64,000 bases of DNA, taken from NCBI GenBank assembly GCA_017645945.1, contig JAGCNL010000053.1, positions 7,816 through 71,815 on the forward strand, read 5' to 3'. The position numbers and the translations under genes are program-made. This document shows positions 35,877 to 43,682 of the stretch, piece by piece. Origin of the DNA: Salinivirgaceae bacterium (GTDB taxonomy: Bacteria; Bacteroidota; Bacteroidia; Bacteroidales; SZUA-534). The notes beneath the pieces are model-generated. The model made no database searches, had not been told where the DNA came from, and saw nothing but the letters and a program-made list of their open reading frames with translations. How positions within the stretch are numbered: position 1 is the stretch's first letter; every line of letters starts with the position of its first letter.

Positions 35877-35995
35877 GTGTTAGGCACTAGGCATTAGGCA
35901 TTAGAAAATTACGAATTATGAATTACGAATTACGATTAACCAATTCACCGATTATCCAAAATTCTGTAGTCTGTTGTCCATAGTCTGAAGTCCCC
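35877..35995. repeat. heptad-periodic word array (17 heptads in register)
   Basis: gtgttag gcactag gcattag gcattag aaaatta cgaatta tgaatta cgaatta cgattaa ccaattc accgatt atccaaa attctgt agtctgt tgtccat agtctga agtcccc. Starts directly after the ABC-F stop (agTTAG). Confidence 0.85.
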
Positions 35996-36015
35996 AAAAG
36001 CGATTCATCAAAAAA

Positions 36016-37191
36016 ATGAACCATTTCACTCATCTGCAAGATTTTATCCGCACCACAGAAAACTGGAAGGATGTGATTCACCACAAGCCTTACTGCGTGC
36101 GAATATCGCCATGCCCGTTCAACGACAGGTGGAACTTGCTGATGTACAATATGCACCATTGCGATTTCAGTCTGGATGTGGTGCGTGAGTGCCGCGGCAC
36201 GGTGGTCGACGACGACGGCAACATCATCTGCGCCCCGTACACCAAATTTTTCAATTTCGATGATGAACACGCCGACGCAATTGATTGGCAATCAGCCGTA
36301 GTGCGCGAGAAAATCGACGGCGTGCTAATCAAGATGTTCAAGCACGAAGGCCGCGCCTACTGGCTCTCGAACGGCGGTTGGGACATCTGTCATATCGACC
36401 TTACGGGAACGCCTTTCAATAATGCTGAAGAGATGCTCAATTCGCTTCTCGACGCTGCTGACCGCCAATGGATTGACCGTATTCCCGATGGCTATACGCT
36501 TATGTTTGAGATGGTTAGCCCGTTTAGCCGCATCATCTGCTTCTACAACGAGACCAAACTTTGGTTTCACGGCATCCGCGACAACAACGGCGACGAAATG
36601 ACGCCCGAAGCGGCCAAAGAGCAATTCGGCATTCCGTTCGACATTCCGCGGCAGTATCCGTTCCACTCGCTTGAAGAAGTTCATGCCGCCATCGGCAGTT
36701 GGCAGAGTTACTCGCAGGAAGGCGTGGTGGCATGTGATAAGGATTTCAAACGCTTGAAAATCAAGTGCGAAGACTACATCAACAAGAAGTTCGGCAACGA
36801 TGCCAACTCGCTTCGGCAACTCTGGCACATTTGGGCCGACGGCAGTTTCGACGACCTGCCCGAAGGCGAGCAGCGCTGGCGCGTGATGCTGATGAAGGAT
36901 GTTATTGACAATCAGCAATATCGGTTTGAACAGATTTGGAACGCCGCCAACCGCCTGCTGACAGAATGTGGCAACGATTACAAGCAGTGCGCCTGCAAAA
37001 TCAGCGAAAGCGAAGAGTCGCCCCTGCGCAAAAATCTGCTGTACACGGCCGCCCGCAACACAAAAGACGATTTTCTGCAAACCGTCGAGACCAACCTGAA
37101 GCAGAACTACGGTCATTTTCTGAACATTATGGCCGAATGTGGTGCAAACTTGACACCCGTTCTTTCGCGGAAATACGAATCCTATTTTTAA
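36016..37191 (+). CDS. ATP-dependent RNA ligase, T4 Rnl1 (RnlA)-like
   Basis: 391 aa ORF. ECRGTVV...APYTKFFN, then motif I REKIDG (Lys99, codon 36310-36312), MFEMVSP, EGVVA and RLKIK. The order and spacing parallel T4 Rnl1 (ECRGIMF, PMEKFFN, KEDG, NFEFVAP, EGYVA, FKIK) as I recall that sequence. Confidence 0.7.
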   Translation: MNHFTHLQDFIRTTENWKDVIHHKPYCVRISPCPFNDRWNLLMYNMHHCDFSLDVVRECRGTVVDDDGNIICAPYTKFFNFDDEHADAIDWQSAVVREKIDGVLIKMFKHEGRAYWLSNGGWDICHIDLTGTPFNNAEEMLNSLLDAADRQWIDRIPDGYTLMFEMVSPFSRIICFYNETKLWFHGIRDNNGDEMTPEAAKEQFGIPFDIPRQYPFHSLEEVHAAIGSWQSYSQEGVVACDKDFKRLKIKCEDYINKKFGNDANSLRQLWHIWADGSFDDLPEGEQRWRVMLMKDVIDNQQYRFEQIWNAANRLLTECGNDYKQCACKISESEESPLRKNLLYTAARNTKDDFLQTVETNLKQNYGHFLNIMAECGANLTPVLSRKYESYF

Positions 37192-37196
37192 AAATT

Positions 37197-37841
37197 ATGA
37201 CTCTCACCGAACGCTACCGAAACGTTATTGACTGGTTCAGCCGCAATATGCCGACAGCGCAGACCGAACTGCACTACTCGAACGCCTATGAGTTGCTGGT
37301 GGCGGTCATTCTTTCGGCACAGTGCACCGACAAGCGCGTGAATCAGGTCACCCCTGCCCTTTTCCGCCGTTTCCCCGATGCAAAGGCAATGGCACAAGGC
37401 TCGGTTGACGAGATTTTTGAGTTGATAAAAAGTTGCTCGTTTCCCAACAATAAAGCCGCACACCTGCTAGGAATGGCGCAGATGCTGACCTACAGATTCG
37501 ACGGCAAGGTTCCCGATAACATTGAACAACTGCAGCAAATGCCTGGCGTCGGCCGCAAAACCGCCAATGTGATTCTGTCGGTCATCTACAACAAGCCTGC
37601 GCTGGCCGTAGATACGCATGTGTTCCGCGTCTCGGCACGCATCGGCCTGACCGTGAACGCCAAACGCCCCATCGACACAGAACGGCAATTAGTCGAAAAC
37701 ATCGCGCCCGAACTATTGCCGATTGCGCATCATTGGCTAATTTTGCACGGACGCTACGTCTGCACCGCACGCAAGCCGAAGTGCGAAAGTTGTGGATTGT
37801 CAGGCTGTTGCGCCCATTTTGAAACCGAAGTCAAAAAGTGA
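37197..37841 (+). CDS. nth: endonuclease III
   Basis: Start MTLTERYRNV; the track ORF is over-extended from 36936. HhH-GPD motif (LQQMPGVGRKTANVIL, VDTHVFRV) and a 4Fe-4S cluster motif C-x6-C-x2-C-x5-C at the C-terminus. Confidence 0.92.
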   Translation: MTLTERYRNVIDWFSRNMPTAQTELHYSNAYELLVAVILSAQCTDKRVNQVTPALFRRFPDAKAMAQGSVDEIFELIKSCSFPNNKAAHLLGMAQMLTYRFDGKVPDNIEQLQQMPGVGRKTANVILSVIYNKPALAVDTHVFRVSARIGLTVNAKRPIDTERQLVENIAPELLPIAHHWLILHGRYVCTARKPKCESCGLSGCCAHFETEVKK

Positions 37842-37975
37842 TGAAACATCGTCTGCCGAAACTGTCAATCGTAACCTGCTTTTTGCTGATTTTGTGTCTG
37901 CTGGCCTCATCGTGCGCCACACAGAAGAAACGCTATAAAGGCTACGCTCCCTGCCCGTGCGAGAAAAATCATTAA
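37841..37975 (+). CDS. possible mini-lipoprotein (44 aa)
   Basis: Below the track cutoff. MKHRLPKLSIVTCFLLILCLLASSCATQKKRYKGYAPCPCEKNH has lipobox LASSC. The ATG overlaps the nth stop (TGATG). Confidence 0.45.
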   Translation: MKHRLPKLSIVTCFLLILCLLASSCATQKKRYKGYAPCPCEKNH

Positions 37976-38050
37976 TTCCGTTTTAAAACAAAAAAGGCTT
38001 CACCCCCATTCTGGTTGCAAAGCCTTTGATATATAACAACTTGCCGCTTG

Positions 38051-38602
38051 TTAGCAGCAACCGCTGCATCCGCCTTCCTTGCCTTTGTCGCCGCAGTTGC
38101 AACCGCCACCGCAGCCACCGCCGCAGTTGCGCTCAAGTTCGGCCATTGTGGGATTGCGCACTTCAATAACCTTGCCTTTGAAGTGCAGGTCGGCACCTGC
38201 AAGCGGGTGGTTGAAATCCATTTTCACCGCTTCGGCAGTCGACGACACAACAACGCCGTGCAGACGGTTGCCGTGAGCGTCCATCATTGGAATGGTGTTG
38301 CCAACGGTTATCAGTTCCTTGTTCACCTTGCCGCTTTCATCCTGAAAGACATTGATTGGCACATCGACAATGGCTTCTTCGGTGACCTGGCCGTAAGCCT
38401 GGTCAGCTGTCAGCACAAAGTCGAACAACGAGCCGCACTCAAGGCCGTCAAGGTTTTTCTCGAAATGCGGCAGCATCATGCCTGCGCCAAAAAGGAATGT
38501 CAGCGGATGGTCTTTCTCGCACACTTCTATCAGTTTTGCGTCAGCGTCGTCGTACTTCAGTTCGTAAGTCACTGACACCATTTTTCCGTTCTCAATTTTC
38601 AT
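38051..38602 (-). CDS. slyD: FKBP-type peptidyl-prolyl isomerase, SlyD-like, with a Cys/Gly-rich C-terminal tail
   Basis: 183 aa ORF. MVSVTYELKYDD, an IF-domain-like insert and MDFNHPLAGADLHFKGKVIEVR are typical of SlyD. The tail is NCGGGCGGGCNCGDKGKEGGCSGCC. Confidence 0.8.
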   Translation of the reverse strand: MKIENGKMVSVTYELKYDDADAKLIEVCEKDHPLTFLFGAGMMLPHFEKNLDGLECGSLFDFVLTADQAYGQVTEEAIVDVPINVFQDESGKVNKELITVGNTIPMMDAHGNRLHGVVVSSTAEAVKMDFNHPLAGADLHFKGKVIEVRNPTMAELERNCGGGCGGGCNCGDKGKEGGCSGCC

Positions 38603-38664
38603 TTTATTATGTTTTTAATTCGATGGCAAAGGAAATAAGATTTTTCCGAAAAACAGCATACCCG

Positions 38665-39207
38665 TCAATCGTCACCGTTTTTGAAAAAACTGAAATTCAC
38701 CGCGCCGTAATGCTTGTGCATGTAGAATTGCGGCATCTGGTCGAACTTGTTTTTCTCAGAATGCTCCATAATGAACAATCCGCCGTCGGCTAGTATCTTG
38801 CTGTCAATCACCATTTGTGGGATTTCAGGCAGCTGCGGCAAATCGTATGGTGGATCGGCAAAGATGATGTCGAATTTTTCGGCACATGCAGGAACGTATT
38901 TCAGAACATTGGCGCGAATCACCTTCAGTCCTTTCATTGACAATTCTGCGGCCGTCTTGCGGATGAAACTGAAATGATTGTAATTCAGTTCTACGCAAGT
39001 TATGTCTGTGCATCCACGCGATGCGAATTCGTACGATATTCCGCCCGTTCCGCCAAACAGGTCGAGCACTTTAACAGATTCAAAATCAATCGAATTCTCA
39101 AGGATATTGAAAAGACTCTCTTTGGCAAGATCGGTGGTCGGCCGTGCCTTGAAGTTCGACGGCGGCGTTATCAGCCTGTGCTTGTATTGTCCGCTGATTA
39201 TCCGCAT
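38665..39207 (-). CDS. rsmD: 16S rRNA (guanine966-N2)-methyltransferase
   Basis: 180 aa ORF. MRIISGQYKHRLITPPSNFKARPTTDLAKESLFNIL, LDLFGGTGG and the DPPY motif. Confidence 0.85.
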   Translation of the reverse strand: MRIISGQYKHRLITPPSNFKARPTTDLAKESLFNILENSIDFESVKVLDLFGGTGGISYEFASRGCTDITCVELNYNHFSFIRKTAAELSMKGLKVIRANVLKYVPACAEKFDIIFADPPYDLPQLPEIPQMVIDSKILADGGLFIMEHSEKNKFDQMPQFYMHKHYGAVNFSFFKNGDD

Positions 39208-40115
39208 TGGTATAGGTTTATCATGTTTGTGAAATAATGCGACGGCATGTCGTTGAAGCCGTAGGCGTACTCAAAATGCGACGGCATGGCAAAATAGCCG
39301 ATATTCCGCACGTATTTCTTCATCGATTCCAGTATCGGACTGTTGGCGGGCAGAACGCCGCAAACATTCACAGGAACGGTTGTAGGCGACAATCGAAGGC
39401 TGTCGATGGCGTTCAGAAAGAAATAGTTGAAATCGTCAGTCGATTTGTAGCTGAACGTGTTGTAAAGTGTGATTTCGCCGTTGTCAACAAGCACAAAGTC
39501 GAAAAACGCAGGCATCAGGTTGATATACACGCGCTTATCACCACTTTCGAGTTTGCTTCGCAGTGTCAGGTCTTCAATCATCGGCACCGACTGGTGATAG
39601 AACCTCACTGACTCGAACCGAGCACGGAAAATGTCAGCCAGCACTGTCGGTATGCTGAAAACCACATACGATGAGTTGCCGAAAATATAGTTCGACATCA
39701 ACTCGTGGCCACGCTGTAATTCCTGATTGAAACGGAACCATACTTCTTTTTCGTTTTCATCAAAATAGGCGGCTGGCACAAAGGTGTAGCTTGTTGTGGC
39801 AAAGAGCAGCTTGACGTGGCTGAATCGGCATTGCAGCAGCGGCTCGCTGTCAAAAACAGCATCAATCTGCTTTGCGAGTGTACGGAACGCCGTCACCCTA
39901 TTGAATTGATAATGAGCCAGTGCGACATATTTGTTTCGTTCACGGTCGAGCACGGAAAACGAAAATCCCTTCAGGAAAACCTGAAGGGACAGATGGTATT
40001 TGTCGACATTGACGTAGTCGAACGATTTGTCTATGAAATGAATGTTCTGCAACAAATCTGTATGGTTTTTATTCCCAGTTTCCAGCGCCGTTGTTGACTT
40101 CGGTAACCGAACCAA
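39198..40115 (-). CDS. conserved hypothetical protein (DUF3822-like)
   Basis: 305 aa ORF immediately upstream of rsmD and overlapping it. Family name is from memory of Bacteroidetes synteny and is unverified. The start codon is uncertain; the ORF overlaps the upstream gene by 47 nt. Confidence 0.45.
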   Translation of the reverse strand: MVRLPKSTTALETGNKNHTDLLQNIHFIDKSFDYVNVDKYHLSLQVFLKGFSFSVLDRERNKYVALAHYQFNRVTAFRTLAKQIDAVFDSEPLLQCRFSHVKLLFATTSYTFVPAAYFDENEKEVWFRFNQELQRGHELMSNYIFGNSSYVVFSIPTVLADIFRARFESVRFYHQSVPMIEDLTLRSKLESGDKRVYINLMPAFFDFVLVDNGEITLYNTFSYKSTDDFNYFFLNAIDSLRLSPTTVPVNVCGVLPANSPILESMKKYVRNIGYFAMPSHFEYAYGFNDMPSHYFTNMINLYQCG

Positions 40116-40683
40116 CTTTCAGGCCTTTGTAGTCGAGACCATCGTTAAGATTGATAATCTCCTGCTCGTCAAGACCTTTCAGGATGTATTTCGATGGTGC
40201 TGATGCTTCAAACACCTTCACCTTCAGTTTCGATTGTGTCTCAATAACGCCTTTCTTCAAAGTGAACTCACGGCCACCAGCATAAGGAATAAAGCGCAGC
40301 GAGTCGATTTTGTAGTTGGCTGGATAGAGAGAGTCGAGCACCGATACTTTAGTGGTGTCACGGATAATCATACCCTTCTGAATGGCCTCTTTCTCAGAAA
40401 TTTGACCGAGCAAATCTTCAGGAATTTCACCAATCTTACGAACGATTGAGAACTCGCCGGTCTTAACAAAGTCAATCAGAGTGTCGAAACTTGCAGTGTA
40501 GTCGCCGTTCACTTCCTTGAAGGCGCCTTCAGCGGTTCTGATGTCTTTCAACCTCTGAATGGTTTCAGCGTAGCGTTTCTGCTGTTCTTTCTGAAATTCA
40601 ATAGGTTTGACAATGCTTTGAACTGTGGCGTAAGCCAAAAAAACAATCAATCCTGCTAACAATACGTGGATAAGTGCTTTCAT
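40069..40683 (-). CDS. membrane-anchored hypothetical protein
   Basis: 204 aa ORF with a single N-terminal TM helix (MKALIHVLLAGLIVFLAYATV). No family recognised. Confidence 0.5.
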   Translation of the reverse strand: MKALIHVLLAGLIVFLAYATVQSIVKPIEFQKEQQKRYAETIQRLKDIRTAEGAFKEVNGDYTASFDTLIDFVKTGEFSIVRKIGEIPEDLLGQISEKEAIQKGMIIRDTTKVSVLDSLYPANYKIDSLRFIPYAGGREFTLKKGVIETQSKLKVKVFEASAPSKYILKGLDEQEIINLNDGLDYKGLKVGSVTEVNNGAGNWE

Positions 40684-40884
40684 TACAATATAAATGTTTA
40701 ATTATTAACTATTAAAAGCAAAACCGCAAAAACTATCGGCGCAAGCCCCGACTGCAATGCATGCTCTGCAAACGAGTGCAAATATAAAGGTTTGTTCCAA
40801 AAATCAGCCGATTGTAACCGTTTTTCGTCATAAAATTATTTACCCAATGGTAAATTGCAGATAACCAAAGGATTAATATTTTAT

Positions 40885-40975
40885 ATTCAGAATTTAGAAT
40901 GTAGAATTCAGAATAAAAATAGAATTTTAACATGATCAACTTGAAATCCAACCAATCCCCAAATACCTATTGCCT
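40885..40975. repeat. heptad-periodic word array in a divergent intergenic region
   Basis: attcaga atttaga atgtaga attcaga ataaaaa tagaatt ttaacat gatcaac ttgaaat ccaacca atcccca aatacct attgcct. The vocabulary overlaps with 21179-21220 and 21130-21178. Confidence 0.7.
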
Positions 40976-41029
40976 AAAGCCCGTCATCAAACTTTTCTCT
41001 TGTCAAATCCGTTTGTTTTGTTTTAGTTC

Positions 41030-42469
41030 GTGGGCATGAATCAGAGTGTTTCGGAACGGATAAAAGACGCATTGGGCTACATGCCGACAATCGACCAGCA
41101 GGAGTTGATTTCGCGCATCAGCACGTTCATCGGCAACTATTACTCGCCCGACCACCGCGACGACACACTTATAATAAAAGGATACGCCGGCACAGGAAAA
41201 ACATCGATGGTGGCGGCTCTTGTCAAGATTCTGCCGAAAATCGGGATGAAAGCCGTGCTGCTCGCTCCCACCGGACGCGCCGCTAAAGTGCTGGCTGGAT
41301 ATTCGGGACACCAGGCATTCACTATCCACAAGAAAATCTACCGTCAGAAATCGGCTTCAGCCAATGGCTTGGGCAATTTCGTGCTCGACAACAACAAGCA
41401 CCAGCGCACCATATTTATAGTTGACGAGGCTTCGATGATTTCGAACGACCAGTCGGAAAATTCCATTTTTGGCAGCGGTCGCCTGCTCGACGACCTTTTT
41501 GAATATGTTTATCGCGGCGAGATGTGTAAGCTGATTCTTGTCGGCGATACCGCGCAGTTACCGCCCGTTGGGCTTGCCATCAGTCCTGCGCTCGACGTGA
41601 AAGTGATTGGCGAGATGGGCTTCAGCGTCAGTGAATTCGAGATGAAGCAGGTGGTGCGGCAGACGCGCGAATCGGGCATTCTGCACAACGCCACTCTCCT
41701 GCGCCAGTCGCTTGCCGAGAATCTGCAAGGCTATCCGCATCTGACAACCACCGATTTTGCTGATGTGCGCCGAATTACGGGCGGCGAACTGATTGAAGAG
41801 ATTGAGAACTGTTACGACGAGTTCGGCATTGGCAACACAATGGTGCTCTGCCGTTCGAACAAGCGAGCGAACAAATACAACGAAGGCATCCGCCGCACCA
41901 TTCTGTGGCGCGACGAGGAGATTGCCAAAGGCGACCTGCTGATGGTTGTGAAGAACAACTATTTCTGGCTTGGCGACGAAGAGAAGGAAATAACGCCTTT
42001 CATCGCCAACGGCGACATTGCCGAAATAACACGCATTGGCAAGTACCGCGAGCTGTACGGGTTCCGCTTTGCCGACGTTGATTTGAAGCTGGCAGACTAT
42101 CCCGAAATCGAGATTCAGACAAAGATTATGCTCGACACGCTCACGTCGGAATCACCATCGCTCACCTGGGACGAGAACCAGCGGCTGTTTGAGGCTGTAA
42201 TGGCCGACTACGCCGACATTGGCAACAAGCGCGACCGTATTAAAAAGGTGAAGGAGAATCCCTACTTCAACGCTCTGCAGATTAAGTTCAGCTACGCCAT
42301 CACCTGCCACAAGGCACAAGGCGGCCAGTGGAAGGCAGTTTTCATCGACCAGGGCTGGCTCACTGACGACATGCTCAACACCGAGTTTCTGCGTTGGCTC
42401 TACACAGCCTTCACACGCCCGACGGTTAGGCTCTATCTGGTCAATTTCAAAGACGAATTCTTCAAGTAA
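41030..42469 (+). CDS. RecD/TraA-like superfamily-1 DNA helicase
   Basis: 479 aa ORF. Walker A GYAGTGKTS, Walker B IFIVDEASM, VGDTAQLPPV, and C-terminal AITCHKAQGGQW (UvrD_C-like). Confidence 0.8.
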   Translation: MGMNQSVSERIKDALGYMPTIDQQELISRISTFIGNYYSPDHRDDTLIIKGYAGTGKTSMVAALVKILPKIGMKAVLLAPTGRAAKVLAGYSGHQAFTIHKKIYRQKSASANGLGNFVLDNNKHQRTIFIVDEASMISNDQSENSIFGSGRLLDDLFEYVYRGEMCKLILVGDTAQLPPVGLAISPALDVKVIGEMGFSVSEFEMKQVVRQTRESGILHNATLLRQSLAENLQGYPHLTTTDFADVRRITGGELIEEIENCYDEFGIGNTMVLCRSNKRANKYNEGIRRTILWRDEEIAKGDLLMVVKNNYFWLGDEEKEITPFIANGDIAEITRIGKYRELYGFRFADVDLKLADYPEIEIQTKIMLDTLTSESPSLTWDENQRLFEAVMADYADIGNKRDRIKKVKENPYFNALQIKFSYAITCHKAQGGQWKAVFIDQGWLTDDMLNTEFLRWLYTAFTRPTVRLYLVNFKDEFFK

Positions 42470-42472
42470 CCG

Positions 42473-42886
42473 ATGACCGACAACATGCAGAAACAGCCTG
42501 AAATTCTGATTGTTGACGATATTCTCATCAACCGCATGCTGCTGACCGACATTCTGACATCGCTTGGCTGCCGATGCACTAAGGCGCATAATGGCGAGGA
42601 AGCCTTGTCTATGTTGCGCGACCGTCCTTTTGACATGATTCTGATGGACCTGGAAATGCCAGTGATGAACGGCTTTGAGACAACCGCCGCCATCCGCGCG
42701 ATGGAGGGCGAAAAATCGCAAACGCCAATCATAGCCATCACCGCCCACAACGCCGACGAGATTGCAGACGGACTCGCCGCCTCGGGTTTCACTGGTGTGA
42801 TTACCAAACCTTTTCTCATCAGCAATATCGAAAAATTGGTGGATGAATACTGCCGCTGGAGCCAAAAACCGCTCCGTGGCAATTGA
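42473..42886 (+). CDS. stand-alone response regulator receiver domain protein
   Basis: 137 aa ORF. ILIVDD, phospho-acceptor context MILMDLEMP, and conserved T (AITA) and K (TKPF). No output domain. Confidence 0.85.
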   Translation: MTDNMQKQPEILIVDDILINRMLLTDILTSLGCRCTKAHNGEEALSMLRDRPFDMILMDLEMPVMNGFETTAAIRAMEGEKSQTPIIAITAHNADEIADGLAASGFTGVITKPFLISNIEKLVDEYCRWSQKPLRGN

Positions 42887-42996
42887 TTTCCTTTAGGTTA
42901 ATTTCAACTGCCGAATATGCATTTAACTATAAATCAGCTACATGCGATTATTTAAAAAAAGAACGAATTTTTGTTTTTCAGTAATAATTATTCCTC

Positions 42997-43004
42997 TATA
43001 TTTG
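42997..43004 (+). promoter_or_regulatory. candidate -7 box (TATATTTG), with TTTG at 42970-42973 as a possible -33
   Basis: Matches TAnnTTTG upstream of the HU gene. Confidence 0.5.
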
Positions 43005-43055
43005 CAGACACAACGAAAGAGAATTTAATTAGTTGATTATAAAATATTTTAAGCT

Positions 43056-43340
43056 ATGACAAAAGCAGACATCGTAAGTGAAATCTCAAAAAACACAGGT
43101 ATTGAGAAAGTATCAGTTCAGAAAATTGTTGAAGCCGTTATGGATAACATCCAGAACTCAGTTTCAGCTGGTGACAATGTTTATCTGAGAGGTTTTGGTA
43201 GTTTTATTACCAAGAAAAGAGCTAAGAAGACTGCTCGCAACATCTCAAAGAACACCACACTGGTGATTCCGGAGCACTTCATCCCAGCTTTCAAACCTGC
43301 TAAAGGATTCATGAATAAGGTGAAAACTAATGTAAAATAA
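43056..43340 (+). CDS. hup: HU family DNA-binding protein
   Basis: 94 aa ORF. MTKADIVSEISKNTGIEK...LRGFGSF...ARNISKNTTLVIPEHFIPAFKPAK is typical of HU/IHF. Confidence 0.9.
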   Translation: MTKADIVSEISKNTGIEKVSVQKIVEAVMDNIQNSVSAGDNVYLRGFGSFITKKRAKKTARNISKNTTLVIPEHFIPAFKPAKGFMNKVKTNVK

Positions 43341-43355
43341 TAAATTGTTACGGTT

Positions 43356-43445
43356 ATGCCAAACGGAAAAAAGCACAAAAGGCACAAAATGGCTACGCAC
43401 AAGCGTAAAAAACGCCTTCGTAAGAATCGTCATAAGAAGAAATAA
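43356..43445 (+). CDS. highly basic 29-aa micro-protein (possibly bS22-like ribosomal protein)
   Basis: Below the track cutoff. MPNGKKHKRHKMATHKRKKRLRKNRHKKK, followed by a strong terminator. The ribosomal assignment is from memory of similar Bacteroidetes peptides and is unverified. Confidence 0.45.
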   Translation: MPNGKKHKRHKMATHKRKKRLRKNRHKKK

Positions 43446-43465
43446 TCTCTTTTAGATGATAATAC

Positions 43466-43506
43466 AATAAACCTTAAGAGCCTGCTCTCAAGGTTTATTG
43501 TTTTTT
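43466..43506 (+). terminator. intrinsic terminator after HU and the micro-ORF
   Basis: AATAAACCTTAAGAG-cctg-CTCTCAAGGTTTATT (one mismatch) followed by GTTTTTT. Confidence 0.75.
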
Positions 43507-43682
43507 AGGGATACTGACACGGAATTATTGAGGTGCAATACCCCGAAACATGGCCCTATCCCACTCTTTTCGGCATTTTAATTGATTGCCCCCGATTACG
43601 TGCGGGGTAGAAAATTCATTGTTTTAAAACAACGATGGCTGCATTGCATGCTTAAAACCATCGGAACAAAACATTTCGAAAC

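Noticed and set aside
40733-40951. 72-aa minus-strand ORF
   Set aside because: It is largely read out of the heptad word array at 40885-40975 and the adjacent AT-rich promoter DNA. The product is not protein-like.
43508-43682. Structured 5' leader of rng (hairpins CCCCG-attacgtg-CGGGG and CGATGG...CCATCG) as an autoregulatory element or riboswitch
   Set aside because: The hairpins are short, I recognise no known motif, and there is no second copy for comparison. The evidence is too weak to report as a feature.
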